DNA of 64,000 nucleotides, taken from NCBI GenBank assembly GCA_030594645.1, contig JAUVEU010000007.1, forward strand, positions 1,158-65,157, in the 5' to 3' direction. Under the pieces are notes generated by a model, which saw nothing but the letters and a program-made list of their open reading frames with translations, did no database searches and was not told where the DNA came from. Source of the stretch: Candidatus Aegiribacteria sp. GTDB lineage: Bacteria; Fermentibacterota; Fermentibacteria; Fermentibacterales; JCC-6. The position numbers and the translations under genes are program-made. Each line of letters opens with the position of its first letter. Position 1 is the stretch's first letter. This document shows, piece by piece, positions 1 through 10,174 of this stretch.

Positions 1-1128
1 TCTTTTCGTCTGTTTTCTGTCCTCATCAGTTTCTCCTGGATATCCGGTTACGAAGAACGCGCATGTGCTGGTTCCCATGGAAGCAGCTTTCTGAATGAGT
101 CCAGGAACTTTTTCGATGTTCGCGGTTTTGCCCATCAGCTCCAATACCCTCAGGGAACCTGTTTCCGGAGAGAGGGAAAAATACCTGCATCCTGCTCTGA
201 TCATAAGTTCAAGGAGTTCATCATCCAGGGTCTCCATTTTCAATCCGGATGGAAAGCAGAATGTTATACCGTAATTATCTTTTATAAGACCTCTGCAGAT
301 TTCTTCGACTCTTTTCCTGCTGATCGCGAAATTCTCATCCTGAATATGAAAATCCCTGACACCGTACCTGTCAATATGATACCGGATCTCCTCAAGAACT
401 CTTTCCGAGGATTTGGCAAGCCATCGACCGCCGCACATTGCAGGAGCCTGACAGAAGGCACAGGTGTATGGACAGCCTCTTGAAGTAAGAATGTTCATAT
501 ATCTGCCTGCGAAGGGGCCATGGCTATAACCCAGTTTCCAGTAATTTTCAAGGGGAAGCAGATCCACCGCGGCAAAGGGCTGCAGATCAAGGTCTGTTGT
601 GTAAATTTCTTTTCTTTCGTTGATTCCATTTTTCGAAGCAACGCCTTCGATGGAATCAGGATCACCGCCGTTTTCCAGGGTTCTTATCAGCTCCGGAAGT
701 CTCTTTTCCCCTTCACCGAGAACCACATAGTCAGCTCCTCCTTCTATGAATTCTCCGGGGAGAAAAGTAGCGTGGTATCCTCCTATTACAACGGGTGTTC
801 CGGGTTTTTCCTTCTTAATGGCCCTGATGATGTGAAGAGCCATGGTATGCTCGGTAGCACAGTGAACCGTTATTCCTGGGATTGAATCCGATCCGGCAAC
901 CCGGGCGGCTATTTCCCGGGGGGTCAGTCCCCTGGCCCTGTAGTTCTCTCTGAATGTATAGAACCTGCGGGGAGCAAGTCCATAGGCATCAAGAATATCT
1001 GTATCTATTCCCGACTGCCGGACTGATGCTGCCAGATAAGCCAGGCCGGCGGGAATACCGGGAATACTGCCGTAAAAATCCTTCTTCAGGTGGACTACAG
1101 GAGGACGTATCAGTATCAGTTTATTCAC
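1..1128 (-). CDS. B12-binding radical SAM protein (3' end runs off the window)
   Basis: Not in the ORF track; read manually. GTG at 1128 overlaps the upstream gene's stop. Reads VNKLILIRPP...GLAYLAA (B12-binding N-terminus) and TSRGCPYTCAFC (CxxxCxxC). Confidence 0.85.
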   Translation of the reverse strand, partial: MNKLILIRPPVVHLKKDFYGSIPGIPAGLAYLAASVRQSGIDTDILDAYGLAPRRFYTFRENYRARGLTPREIAARVAGSDSIPGITVHCATEHTMALHIIRAIKKEKPGTPVVIGGYHATFLPGEFIEGGADYVVLGEGEKRLPELIRTLENGGDPDSIEGVASKNGINERKEIYTTDLDLQPFAAVDLLPLENYWKLGYSHGPFAGRYMNILTSRGCPYTCAFCQAPAMCGGRWLAKSSERVLEEIRYHIDRYGVRDFHIQDENFAISRKRVEEICRGLIKDNYGITFCFPSGLKMETLDDELLELMIRAGCRYFSLSPETGSLRVLELMGKTANIEKVPGLIQKAASMGTSTCAFFVTGYPGETDEDRKQTKR

Positions 1129-2611
1129 ATTGATCCGATTCCATGGTTTCATCATCCGCTGCAAGTGCTTCCGGCTGCCCGATATACTTTGATGTGGCTA
1201 TGAGAAGGAATCCCCTGATGTATTTAGAAAGATCGAAAAAGCCGCTTATGCTTCTTATCTTCTTCCATATGAGTTTCGGTCTCATGTAAAATTTCCTGTG
1301 GCCGGCCTGAATGAGATATCTTATCTGCTCTTCGGTCATTCCCTCGGGGACAAATGAAACATTCTTGAAATTGAATCTGTTCTCGGTGAATTTTGCCGGC
1401 GTGATCTTTCCAGCGAGAAGATCTTCGTATACTTCTGTTCCTGGAAGAGGTGTAAGATTTACGAAAACAGCATAATCAAGGGGAATTGAACAGGCAAACT
1501 CGATGGTCTTAAGACCTTCCTCGTAGGTTTCTCCTGGAATGCCGAACATGAAGGTGCCGTAGGCTTCTATTCCTACTTCCGCAGTTAGCTCAACCGCTCT
1601 CCGTATCTGCTGGATGGTCGTCCCTTTCTTAAGGGTATCCAGGTTTTTCTGCACACCGGATTCAACTCCGTACAGCACTCTCCAGCAGCCGGCTTTCTTC
1701 ATTTCCTCCAGCAGTTCTCTGTCAATCCTGTCGACCCTGGCATTAACCGCCCAGTTAACCTTTATTTCCCTGTCAATCATTTCCCGGCAGAATTCCATAG
1801 CCCTTTTTTTTGAAAGGGTGAAGGTGTCATCCCAGAACGCTATATCGGTGACTCCATGCTCTCTGTAAAGAAGTTCTATTTCGCCTGCGACGTTCGACGC
1901 GGACCTCATTCGAACATGCCTGTCAGTATGACAGAAAGTACACTCATACGGACATCCCCTTGCCCCTATGATATTAGCGTGTGGAAGACTCTTATAGAAA
2001 GTGGGAGAGGGAATGTAGGACGGTATATCAACAAGCTCGTGGGACGGGAAAGGGAGAGTGTCGATGTCTTCCGTTACAGCTCTTGACCCGGTATCTACCA
2101 GGCGGCCGTCCTTTATGAACATGAGTCCTTCAACTTCTTCCAGGGATTCTCCTTTCTCGATGCAGGCGGTTAATTCACGCATGGTGTACTCTCCCTCGCC
2201 GATGACGATTACGTCGATTCCGCTGCATTCGTCAAAGCATCTCTCTTTCCATAGAGTCGGGTGGATACCTCCTGCTACGATCAGGACTTCCGGAAAACTT
2301 TTCTTCAGCTCGTTCAGCATCCATCTGGAATTCTCCCAGTCAACGCTGGTAAGTGTTATCCCGATGATTCCGGGATTTATCTCATTTATCCTTGCAATCA
2401 TCTTTTCAAGGGGGTAGAAAAGTCCTTCCAGATATGTAACATCATGACCATCCTCTTTCAGAAAGGGGGCAAGATACAACAGAGAAGGGGATGGAACTAC
2501 ATTTACCAGAGGTTTTATCGAAAGCCATTTGAAGGGAAAACGGCGGACATTCATGAAGTCATGCTGGTCCTGTTCCCAGATTGCGGGCATGGTCAAAAGG
2601 ACTATTTTCAA
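1121..2611 (-). CDS. B12-binding radical SAM protein (BchE/class B methyltransferase-like)
   Basis: GGIHPT, GEGE, ARGCPYECTFC, DDTF and GVESG motifs. Likely start is TTG at 2611 (LKIVLLTMP); the ORF track extends to 2695. Confidence 0.9.
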   Translation of the reverse strand: MKIVLLTMPAIWEQDQHDFMNVRRFPFKWLSIKPLVNVVPSPSLLYLAPFLKEDGHDVTYLEGLFYPLEKMIARINEINPGIIGITLTSVDWENSRWMLNELKKSFPEVLIVAGGIHPTLWKERCFDECSGIDVIVIGEGEYTMRELTACIEKGESLEEVEGLMFIKDGRLVDTGSRAVTEDIDTLPFPSHELVDIPSYIPSPTFYKSLPHANIIGARGCPYECTFCHTDRHVRMRSASNVAGEIELLYREHGVTDIAFWDDTFTLSKKRAMEFCREMIDREIKVNWAVNARVDRIDRELLEEMKKAGCWRVLYGVESGVQKNLDTLKKGTTIQQIRRAVELTAEVGIEAYGTFMFGIPGETYEEGLKTIEFACSIPLDYAVFVNLTPLPGTEVYEDLLAGKITPAKFTENRFNFKNVSFVPEGMTEEQIRYLIQAGHRKFYMRPKLIWKKIRSISGFFDLSKYIRGFLLIATSKYIGQPEALAADDETMESDQCE

Positions 2612-2791
2612 TTTACAGCGTCTTTCCGTTTCTCTGAACGAAAGCAGCGGGTAATTCCGCGGCAGTGAGAAAATATACGATATCCGGACTGTCATACAAA
2701 TCCTGACTCTTTTGTTAAGACTTTCACTTGGTTATCATCGGTACCTGGAAATGATGAAACAATCTGTCAGAAATTTTTTACTTTCGCGAAG

Positions 2792-3844
2792 GTGAGTATC
2801 CTGAGAACAGCAAAAGAAATATCAGTGGTGATTCCCGCCTATAACGCCGAAACAACCCTGGACCGTTGCCTTGGTTCTCTGAAGAAGCAGACTTTAAACC
2901 CTTTTCAGATCATTCTTGTGGATGACTGTTCCACTGACAGAACAGCTTCTATAGCATCTGAAGCAGGAATTGAGATACTGCCTATGTCCAGGCGCGGGGG
3001 TCCTGCCATCGCAAGGAATGCAGGCGCAGAAAGAGCTTTGGGAGATATAATAGTCTTTCTTGACGCTGATGTTATTATTCCATCCGACCTCATCGAAGGA
3101 ATCATCGACTGCTTTAACAGCGACAGCAGCATTGCTGCCGTTCAGACTCTTTACTCACCCTTTTGTCCAGCGGAAGATATGGTTTCAAGGTATCAGAATT
3201 TCTACTATTACCATGCTCTTGCCAGAACAAAGGAAAGCTTCACTGCTACTTTCGCTACCTGGTGCTCGGCGATATTGAGAAATACGTTTTTTGAAATTGG
3301 CGGTTTCAATACAAGCATACCGGAGCCTACCGTTGAAGACGAAGAGCTGGGTTACGAAATAGTCGACAGAGGCGGGAAAATCGCGCTTGCATCGGATATT
3401 CAGGTAACGCACCTTGCCTCATATACGATTTCTCAGTTCAGCAATCGGAGACTCAGGATGGCCAGGGCTCAGGCGAAGAGCGGATGGAGATCGATCAGGG
3501 AGAGGCTGCTGAAGAGATATATCAACCTGAGAGAAACCGGAACTCACCACAGCAGATGGGTCGTGCTGAGTATACTGCTTGTGCTTGGTGCTGGTTTTGG
3601 AATGATAGTATTTTTGGCCGGTATTGTTTTTGGCTTATCTTTATTACCGTGGCTTCCTGTTGCTGCTCCTGCTGCAATAATTCTTTCTCTTCTTTGTCAC
3701 TTTAATTTCTTCCGCAGCGCGGTTTCTCATTTCGGTATGAGGATTCTCCCCGGATTCATTCTGCTGTGCCTTCTTGATATGGCTATACTTGGCTGGGGCG
3801 TGATTACAGGAACATTACTGTTCCTGTCCGGAAAGCATTATTAA
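2792..3844 (+). CDS. GT2 family glycosyltransferase with C-terminal transmembrane helices
   Basis: SVVIPAYN, DDCSTD, FLDAD and ED motifs; hydrophobic C-terminus. Confidence 0.9.
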   Translation: MSILRTAKEISVVIPAYNAETTLDRCLGSLKKQTLNPFQIILVDDCSTDRTASIASEAGIEILPMSRRGGPAIARNAGAERALGDIIVFLDADVIIPSDLIEGIIDCFNSDSSIAAVQTLYSPFCPAEDMVSRYQNFYYYHALARTKESFTATFATWCSAILRNTFFEIGGFNTSIPEPTVEDEELGYEIVDRGGKIALASDIQVTHLASYTISQFSNRRLRMARAQAKSGWRSIRERLLKRYINLRETGTHHSRWVVLSILLVLGAGFGMIVFLAGIVFGLSLLPWLPVAAPAAIILSLLCHFNFFRSAVSHFGMRILPGFILLCLLDMAILGWGVITGTLLFLSGKHY

Positions 3845-3858
3845 CCGGCAGATGCAGG

Positions 3859-4593
3859 CTAAATTCTTCTGAAAATGTATCTGACAACAGTTCGCAGAAC
3901 CGAAAGCCCATACGGAACTGGCTTAAGGCTTGAAAAACCTTCTCCGTGCACTGTGGGAATGGGTATTTCCTCAATGGCAAGCCCTGCCCTGATCGCTCCC
4001 ACAAGCATCTCTGAATCGAAATTGAAGGTGTTCGAATAACTACTGTATGGTATCTCGGAAAGGGCTTTCCTGCTGTAAGCCTTATAACCGCTGTGATATG
4101 AGGTCAGTTTCCGCCTGAAAACGAAATTTTCAAGAGCGTTCAGCCATATGGTTCCGTAATGCCTTGTCATGGACATGCCGCCTTTTCGCATATCTCCATA
4201 AAGAATTCTGCTGCCGCCCACAACATCTGCTCCCTTTTCAAACGGAATAAGCATCGGTTTCAGGTATTCAGGGGGATACTGACCGTCTGAGTGGAGCATA
4301 ACAGCAATATCAGCACTGTTTTCCAGCGTCCAGTCAAATGCGGTTTTCTGGACTCCTCCGTAACCCCGGTTTACAGGATGCTGAATAAGGGAGATCTTCG
4401 GGAATTCTTTCGAAAGCCTTTGCGTAAGATCGGCAGTACCGTCGGAAGAACCGTCATCAATAACAAGAATGGTACTAAGGATTTCCATTGTTTCAGATGG
4501 TATATCCCTGATTACCTTCTCCATAAGGAGTTCTGCGTTGTACGCAGGCATGTAGCAGACAATTTTAAAGTTTTCCAGAATACAATCCTTCAC
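3859..4593 (-). CDS. GT2 polyprenol-phosphate glycosyltransferase (DPM1-like)
   Basis: PAYN, DDGSSD, NRGYG, SDGQY, GSR, SGYKAY and FDSEML motifs typical of the DPM1-like group. Confidence 0.85.
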   Translation of the reverse strand: MKDCILENFKIVCYMPAYNAELLMEKVIRDIPSETMEILSTILVIDDGSSDGTADLTQRLSKEFPKISLIQHPVNRGYGGVQKTAFDWTLENSADIAVMLHSDGQYPPEYLKPMLIPFEKGADVVGGSRILYGDMRKGGMSMTRHYGTIWLNALENFVFRRKLTSYHSGYKAYSRKALSEIPYSSYSNTFNFDSEMLVGAIRAGLAIEEIPIPTVHGEGFSSLKPVPYGLSVLRTVVRYIFRRI

Positions 4594-6362
4594 CGGTAAG
4601 TTCCTTCAATGTCAGGCATGTGCAAATATGTATGGTATTGCATATCCCTGGTAGGTTCGATTGTTTCAGCAAGACCCTTTGTCCATGGCTCTATATGGAA
4701 ACTGCTTCCGTCAAACCAGTAAAGATAAGGGTTTCTTCCCGGATAGGCCTGCATGAATAGAATATCCTCTGCGGATGTCTGATGAGCGCAGTAAATGATT
4801 TCATTGTCAAGAAAAGGGGAATTGAAATTCATACCGCTGCAGATGTTCGGGTAACCATGCTGTCCCGCCTGCATGAATACTATTGAGGGTGTTTCTACGA
4901 AACCTGTCGCTGTTATCCCGGGCTGGCTGTCAATGGTCTCCCATGGTCCCGACCTGAGTTCTATTCCCTCCGGCAGATAAACGAGCAGTGTAATCAGAAA
5001 TAGACAGAAGGTGAATACAGCCACCACGTTGCTTCCATCAATTCCCTTCTTTCTCCTTGCATACTCTGCTGCTTCTCTTAATCCAATAACTGAAAGAAGC
5101 AGGATAACGGGCAGGAAGGTGAAATAATGTCTGGGCCCGTAATCAATAGCAGGGCAGTAATGGAGAAACATCAGCAACATGATCAACAAAAGGGGGATGC
5201 AGAGCAGAAGAACACGTCTATCCTTTCGCGCCCTTTTAAGTGCCAGAAGCATGGGAAACAGGGACAGGAACGGCCAGCCGAACAAGATCGTGCTTCCGGT
5301 TCCTATCTGTCTTACAACGTTGAAAAGTCCTCTTAGAGGGGTATGCGCGTAATCTCCGTATTCCGGAAACCAGGCCTTGTCCGGCCCGAAACCTATCAGT
5401 TTTCCCCCCCTTACCAGATCGTATCCTGCATGGAGGGGATTACCTGTGTAGTAACTGTTCGACAGCAGGAACAGCGCGAAGGGTATTGCGGCAGCGGCAG
5501 CAACAGGGGCCAGTATGCGGAACCACCTGTCCCTGCAGCCCACTATGACTGCAAGCGGTATGAAGAACAGCCATACGAGAACAGGATAGGGTTTCGTGGC
5601 AAAGGCCAGCCCGATAAGTAATCCGCCCGCAAACCCATATGAAACCGATGCCCCCTTTGCCCTCCTGGAAATCATGTAAAGCGACCATGTAACCAGCATC
5701 AGATTTGTATTGTGCGCCATGAACGTAGTTGTCATAAAAAGGAAGAAAGGTGACAGCAGAAGAAGAATAACGCTGACCCTGGCCATAGCCTCCCCTGTCC
5801 AAAGCCTTATCAGGAGGAAAATCCCAAGGAGGGAAAGCAACCCTTCAAGAGGACCCAGAAGAGGAGCTGCGCCTGCAGAGGTGAAGGGCGCCATCAACAG
5901 TGAGTGGAAGGGGGTATATACAATGAACCACATATTACTTCTGAAGACAAAATGCCGGAACGGGAAATAAACCATTGGATCATCAACAGCCGGTGCTGGA
6001 GCTGCAAGGTGCCCCGCAGCGTATATCTTTGACTGAAAAAAGTATGCGGCTTCGTCGCCGCCCTTCGGGATCCCCTCGCAAGGACCATAAACCATCCAGA
6101 TGGAAAAAACCGCAAGAAGTGCGAGAAGAATACCGATGAATCTGGCTGTAGAAAGTTTTCCAATTTTTTTCAGGGCCAGCCGGACAAGATCTTTGTCAAT
6201 CCTTCCGGCAGCATACAGAGCAAAGCAGAACGCTGCGGGAACCAGCAGAAAAAGCTGAACGACCTTATCCAGCGATCCCCGCGGAATTACTTCCATGTAC
6301 CTGTACACAATAAAAGCGATTGTGAGACTAAGACCGGCTGGGATTAGTATTTTAGTCCGCAA
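4590..6362 (-). CDS. GT-C fold membrane glycosyltransferase (ArnT/PMT-like)
   Basis: Many transmembrane segments, a DE motif in the first loop (GGDEAAY), PRHY motif, adjacent to the DPM1-like GT. Confidence 0.7.
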   Translation of the reverse strand: MRTKILIPAGLSLTIAFIVYRYMEVIPRGSLDKVVQLFLLVPAAFCFALYAAGRIDKDLVRLALKKIGKLSTARFIGILLALLAVFSIWMVYGPCEGIPKGGDEAAYFFQSKIYAAGHLAAPAPAVDDPMVYFPFRHFVFRSNMWFIVYTPFHSLLMAPFTSAGAAPLLGPLEGLLSLLGIFLLIRLWTGEAMARVSVILLLLSPFFLFMTTTFMAHNTNLMLVTWSLYMISRRAKGASVSYGFAGGLLIGLAFATKPYPVLVWLFFIPLAVIVGCRDRWFRILAPVAAAAAIPFALFLLSNSYYTGNPLHAGYDLVRGGKLIGFGPDKAWFPEYGDYAHTPLRGLFNVVRQIGTGSTILFGWPFLSLFPMLLALKRARKDRRVLLLCIPLLLIMLLMFLHYCPAIDYGPRHYFTFLPVILLLSVIGLREAAEYARRKKGIDGSNVVAVFTFCLFLITLLVYLPEGIELRSGPWETIDSQPGITATGFVETPSIVFMQAGQHGYPNICSGMNFNSPFLDNEIIYCAHQTSAEDILFMQAYPGRNPYLYWFDGSSFHIEPWTKGLAETIEPTRDMQYHTYLHMPDIEGTYR

Positions 6363-6363
6363 A

Positions 6364-7374
6364 TCAGTATTTCCTTCCAGCCAGATGCATTATAACCCCG
6401 CTCAGCGCAGCAGGCACAATAATCATAAGGTCGGGCAAGGTCATGAGTGATGCAATAAACCCTCTTGTTCCTGCCTCCCTCACAGATGCGAACCAGAATC
6501 CCGCATGACCGACCGTCAGGATCAAGAAACCGGCGGCAGCAGGCCAGATCCCCCACGTCCATCCTGCGGCATATGCTGCCAGGCCGACCGGTATCAGCCA
6601 GACACCAGCTGCCCCTGAAAGAACTGGCAGCATTTCAAGAGGAGTTGCCATCGAAAAAGAAGGTACCGCATGACCCGAGCCTCTTCGAAGAAGGTAGAGA
6701 ACCTTAGACTTCATCATACTCCATTCGTACCCCATCAATTCAGGAAAAGTATATTCCCTCAAATGATAAACCTCTATCTCAGGGGCCATGAGAATACTCC
6801 CGCCCGAACCAACAAGTCTTGCGGCGAAATCAGCATCCTCCACTGTTGCTCCTGGAATTCTGTCGTCGAACCCTTCCAGCTGCTGAAAAACAGATCTGGA
6901 AACCGCGAAGAAGAAGGTCCCGCATCCTGTAATGTAATCGCTGCCTATTCTCTTTGTGAAGGTGTAGTAGTAATAGAAATTCTTGTAGAACGTAGCCGGA
7001 TGATCTCCTGCGGCAGTCGGGCTGTAAGTGGCCTGAACAGCAGCAGGCCCCTGATCAATGCGCTGCTGAAGCTTTTCTCTCCACCCGGCAGGAGCGACAG
7101 CATCACTGTCTACGAACAGCACCCATTCACCGGAAGCGGCCTGAGCACCTGTATTCCTTGCCCCCGCGGCTCCAGGGCTGCCTGAACTGGAAATTATCTT
7201 TGCTCCGAGCCGTGAGGCTATTTCCCTGGAATTATCGTTCGATCTGTCATTGACGACAATAAGTTCATCCCCACCGCGCAATTCCTGCTGGAGCGGCTCC
7301 AGAACGGTTTCAAGAGTCTTCTCGCTGTTATGAACCGGAATTACGACTGAGATCGATTTGCTGTTTTTTTCCAT
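6364..7374 (-). CDS. GT2 family glycosyltransferase with C-terminal TM helices (paralog of 2792-3844)
   Basis: SVVIPVHN, NDRSND, FVDSD and TVED motifs. Likely start is ATG at 7374. Confidence 0.88.
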   Translation of the reverse strand: MEKNSKSISVVIPVHNSEKTLETVLEPLQQELRGGDELIVVNDRSNDNSREIASRLGAKIISSSGSPGAAGARNTGAQAASGEWVLFVDSDAVAPAGWREKLQQRIDQGPAAVQATYSPTAAGDHPATFYKNFYYYYTFTKRIGSDYITGCGTFFFAVSRSVFQQLEGFDDRIPGATVEDADFAARLVGSGGSILMAPEIEVYHLREYTFPELMGYEWSMMKSKVLYLLRRGSGHAVPSFSMATPLEMLPVLSGAAGVWLIPVGLAAYAAGWTWGIWPAAAGFLILTVGHAGFWFASVREAGTRGFIASLMTLPDLMIIVPAALSGVIMHLAGRKY

Positions 7375-8795
7375 AGTGCAGAAATCTGCTCTCCAACCAT
7401 CTGAAGGAGACTCTTGGCTCCGTTCCACATCGCCCTTACCTGGAAGAGTGACATGATATTCGTCAATCTGTAAAAAAGGAACTTCAGTCTGAAAAAGTAC
7501 TTTATATATGCCAGTCTTCGCAATTCCATGATCTCATCAGCCGTCATGCTGAAAGGGACAAAACATGGACGGTCAAGAAGCATTCCCTGATCTGACAGGT
7601 TCTGTGACATGGTTCCGAAAAGTCCTTTCATCACACCCTTGTAGAGCGGCGTTCCCGGAAAAGGTGTGATCGGAAAGAACTCAACGGTAAAGGAACCCAG
7701 TTCTTTAGCGAATTCAATTGTTTTCAGCCCGTCTTCAAATGTTTCTCCCGGAATGCCGAAAATATACGTTGTGTGTGTTTTTATACCGACACTGTGCGTA
7801 AGACGAACCGCTTTTCTTATCTGGTCAAGAGTCTCGTTCTTCATCAATGTGTCAAGATGCTTCTGTACACCGCTTTCCACCCCATAGTTGATGCACCAGC
7901 ATCCCGCCTTTTTCATTGCCTCGAGAAGAGGTCTGTCCACGGAATCCGCTCTGCAGGAAACCCACCAGCGAACTTTCAGTCCTCTTTCCATCATCTCATT
8001 GCAGAATCCATATACATGTTCATGGCTGAAAGTGAAATGCTCATCCCAGAATTTAATTTCCCTGACTCCGTATTCATTTATGTAATACTCAATTTCATCA
8101 ACTATCAGCTCAGGGCTCCTGAGGCGTATCCTCTTACCGTACATCTTGTAACAGTAAAGGCAGCTTCCGTCGCAACCTCTGCTTGCCAGCATCTGCATCG
8201 CGGGAACAGTTGAAACCTGCTCGAAACTGGGGTAGTAACGATCCATTTCGCAAAGATCGACTGCCGGAAAGGGCAGTTCGTCAAGGTTATCCAATATCGG
8301 ACGGGGAGGGGTTCTGAGCAGCTTGCCGTTCTCCTTTATGAGAAGGCCTTTGATACTGCTGGGACTGGAACCCTCCTCAATTGCGGCCATCAGTTCGCAG
8401 GATGTAATTTCTCCCTCACCTATGACGATTGCATCCAGGGATTCGGTGTCATTCATCAATGTCTCGGGCATAGCAGTTGCTCCATGACCGCCTATGAATG
8501 TATAAATATTTGGATTGGCTGCTTTCACGTCTTCGATAAACTGTTTTGCCTTATCCCATAGAAGGCTGATAACATAAACACCCAGAGCATCCGCCCTGAA
8601 TTCCAGTGTTTTCCGTTTCATCTCTTCATTGGTGTAGAAAAATCCCTCAAGGAACAGTATTTCATGTCCGGCATCCCTCAGCACTGCAGCCACATATTGA
8701 AGTCCGGGTGTTGGCCAGCATCCGGAGATTCCGCGGGTATCCTTCGCTCGAATGTCATCAGGGCCCCATGGAGGGACAACAAGCGCTATTCTCAA
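7341..8795 (-). CDS. B12-binding radical SAM protein
   Basis: GLQYVAA, GEGE, SRGCDGSCLYC, GVESG and TPFPGT motifs. Confidence 0.9.
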   Translation of the reverse strand: MRIALVVPPWGPDDIRAKDTRGISGCWPTPGLQYVAAVLRDAGHEILFLEGFFYTNEEMKRKTLEFRADALGVYVISLLWDKAKQFIEDVKAANPNIYTFIGGHGATAMPETLMNDTESLDAIVIGEGEITSCELMAAIEEGSSPSSIKGLLIKENGKLLRTPPRPILDNLDELPFPAVDLCEMDRYYPSFEQVSTVPAMQMLASRGCDGSCLYCYKMYGKRIRLRSPELIVDEIEYYINEYGVREIKFWDEHFTFSHEHVYGFCNEMMERGLKVRWWVSCRADSVDRPLLEAMKKAGCWCINYGVESGVQKHLDTLMKNETLDQIRKAVRLTHSVGIKTHTTYIFGIPGETFEDGLKTIEFAKELGSFTVEFFPITPFPGTPLYKGVMKGLFGTMSQNLSDQGMLLDRPCFVPFSMTADEIMELRRLAYIKYFFRLKFLFYRLTNIMSLFQVRAMWNGAKSLLQMVGEQISALWKKTANRSQS

Positions 8796-8879
8796 ACTGA
8801 TTCCTTCCCGTAGTACAAGGATAAGTTGTTATCGAATATTAACTTCCTTGTGTCTCTGCTGCTTATCTCTGGAAAACGC

Positions 8880-8908
8880 ATAATAGTCCAGGGCACCAAT
8901 GAGGTCAA
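8880..8908 (-). promoter_or_regulatory. sigma70-type promoter of the radical SAM/GT operon
   Basis: Minus strand TTGACC-17 nt-TATTAT. Confidence 0.55.
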
Positions 8909-9052
8909 GAACTGGTGGTATTATTCAGGAAATACCAGGCTTCGCATGATGATCATGCTTGCTTGCGGAACTTAACCCATACAAATCATTAGATTATAAT
9001 CATTGAAACAAGTTTGAAAATCATATCTGAAACAGGATTGGACGAATTGAAT

Positions 9053-10174
9053 ATGAAAGTTCTGATCACAGGAGGAGCGGGTTTTATCGGTTCGCATCTG
9101 GCTGACCTCCTTCTAGAGAAAGGTTACGATGTATGCGCTCTTGATAACCTCGATCCGCAGGTACACGGTGAAAATCCTGTCAGGCCTGATTATCTTGCGC
9201 CCGGGGTTGAGCTTATCGTCGGGGATGTCAGGAATCATTCGGATGTTGAGAGAGCTCTTGACGGCTGTGGTATGCTGATCCACTTTGCCGCGGCTGTAGG
9301 TGTAGGGCAATCAATGTATGAAATTGAACATTACACTTCAGTAAATTCCCTCGGAGCCGCTGTTGTTCTTGAGGAAGCGATTAAGAAGCGCGACAATCTC
9401 AAAAAAATGCTGGTAGCCAGTTCAATGTCAATTTATGGAGAAGGCTTGTACGAATGTCCGCGCTGCGGTCAGTTCGCGCCGGAACTTCGCCCTTCAAAGC
9501 AGCTCGAGCGGCATGAATGGGAGGTTCTCTGTCCGGAATGCAGCTGCCCGGGCAAACCTCTCCCTGTACCGGAGACAAAACCACTGTACCCCACATCCAT
9601 CTACGCGATCAACAAAAGGGATCATGAAGAGATGTTTTTGTCGATCGGAAACGCATACGACATTCCCGCGGTCGCCATGAGGTTCTTCAATGTATACGGT
9701 ACCCGGCAGGCTTTATCCAATCCATACACCGGAGTCGGCGCAATATTCGCATCAAGACTCCTTAACGATAACCCTCCCGTTATTTTCGAGGATGGCGGCC
9801 AGAGCCGTGATTTCATCCATGTTAAGGATCTTGCAAGGGCATGCTGCCTTGCTCTTGAAAATCCCGAATCATCTGGAAAAATCCTTAATGTAGGAACTGG
9901 AAAACCCAGCACTATTCTAAGAATAGGCAGGGCTATAGCTTCCGAACTCGGTAAACCGTCAGATAATTTCATTATCAGAAACGAATTCAGAGCCGGGGAC
10001 ATCAGACACTGTTTCGCCGATATATCCAGAACACAGGAAGTTCTCGGCTTCGAAGCTGAAATTGGTTTCGAGGAAGGGGTGAAGGATCTCTGCAGATGGG
10101 TTGCGACATGTACATCATCCGATCTTACTGATAGAGCAACTGAGGAGCTGAAGAAACACGGACTCACTAAATAG
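9053..10174 (+). CDS. NAD-dependent nucleotide-sugar epimerase/dehydratase (extended SDR, WbiB-like)
   Basis: TGGAGFIG, ASSMSIYG, YAINK (YxxxK), RFFNVYG and SRDFIHV motifs, plus a CxxC...CxxC insert. Start ATG at 9053. Confidence 0.9.
   Translation: MKVLITGGAGFIGSHLADLLLEKGYDVCALDNLDPQVHGENPVRPDYLAPGVELIVGDVRNHSDVERALDGCGMLIHFAAAVGVGQSMYEIEHYTSVNSLGAAVVLEEAIKKRDNLKKMLVASSMSIYGEGLYECPRCGQFAPELRPSKQLERHEWEVLCPECSCPGKPLPVPETKPLYPTSIYAINKRDHEEMFLSIGNAYDIPAVAMRFFNVYGTRQALSNPYTGVGAIFASRLLNDNPPVIFEDGGQSRDFIHVKDLARACCLALENPESSGKILNVGTGKPSTILRIGRAIASELGKPSDNFIIRNEFRAGDIRHCFADISRTQEVLGFEAEIGFEEGVKDLCRWVATCTSSDLTDRATEELKKHGLTK

Noticed and set aside
8796-9052. Hairpins in the divergent promoter region (ACAAGG/CCTTGT, TGGTATT/AATACCA, GCATGAT/ATCATGC) as a cobalamin riboswitch
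   Set aside because: No B12-box or other conserved riboswitch core, and the predicted leader is only about 80 nt.
9440-9560. CxxC...CxxC insert in the epimerase as a novelty
   Set aside because: To my knowledge this insert is common in the WbiB-like epimerase subfamily.
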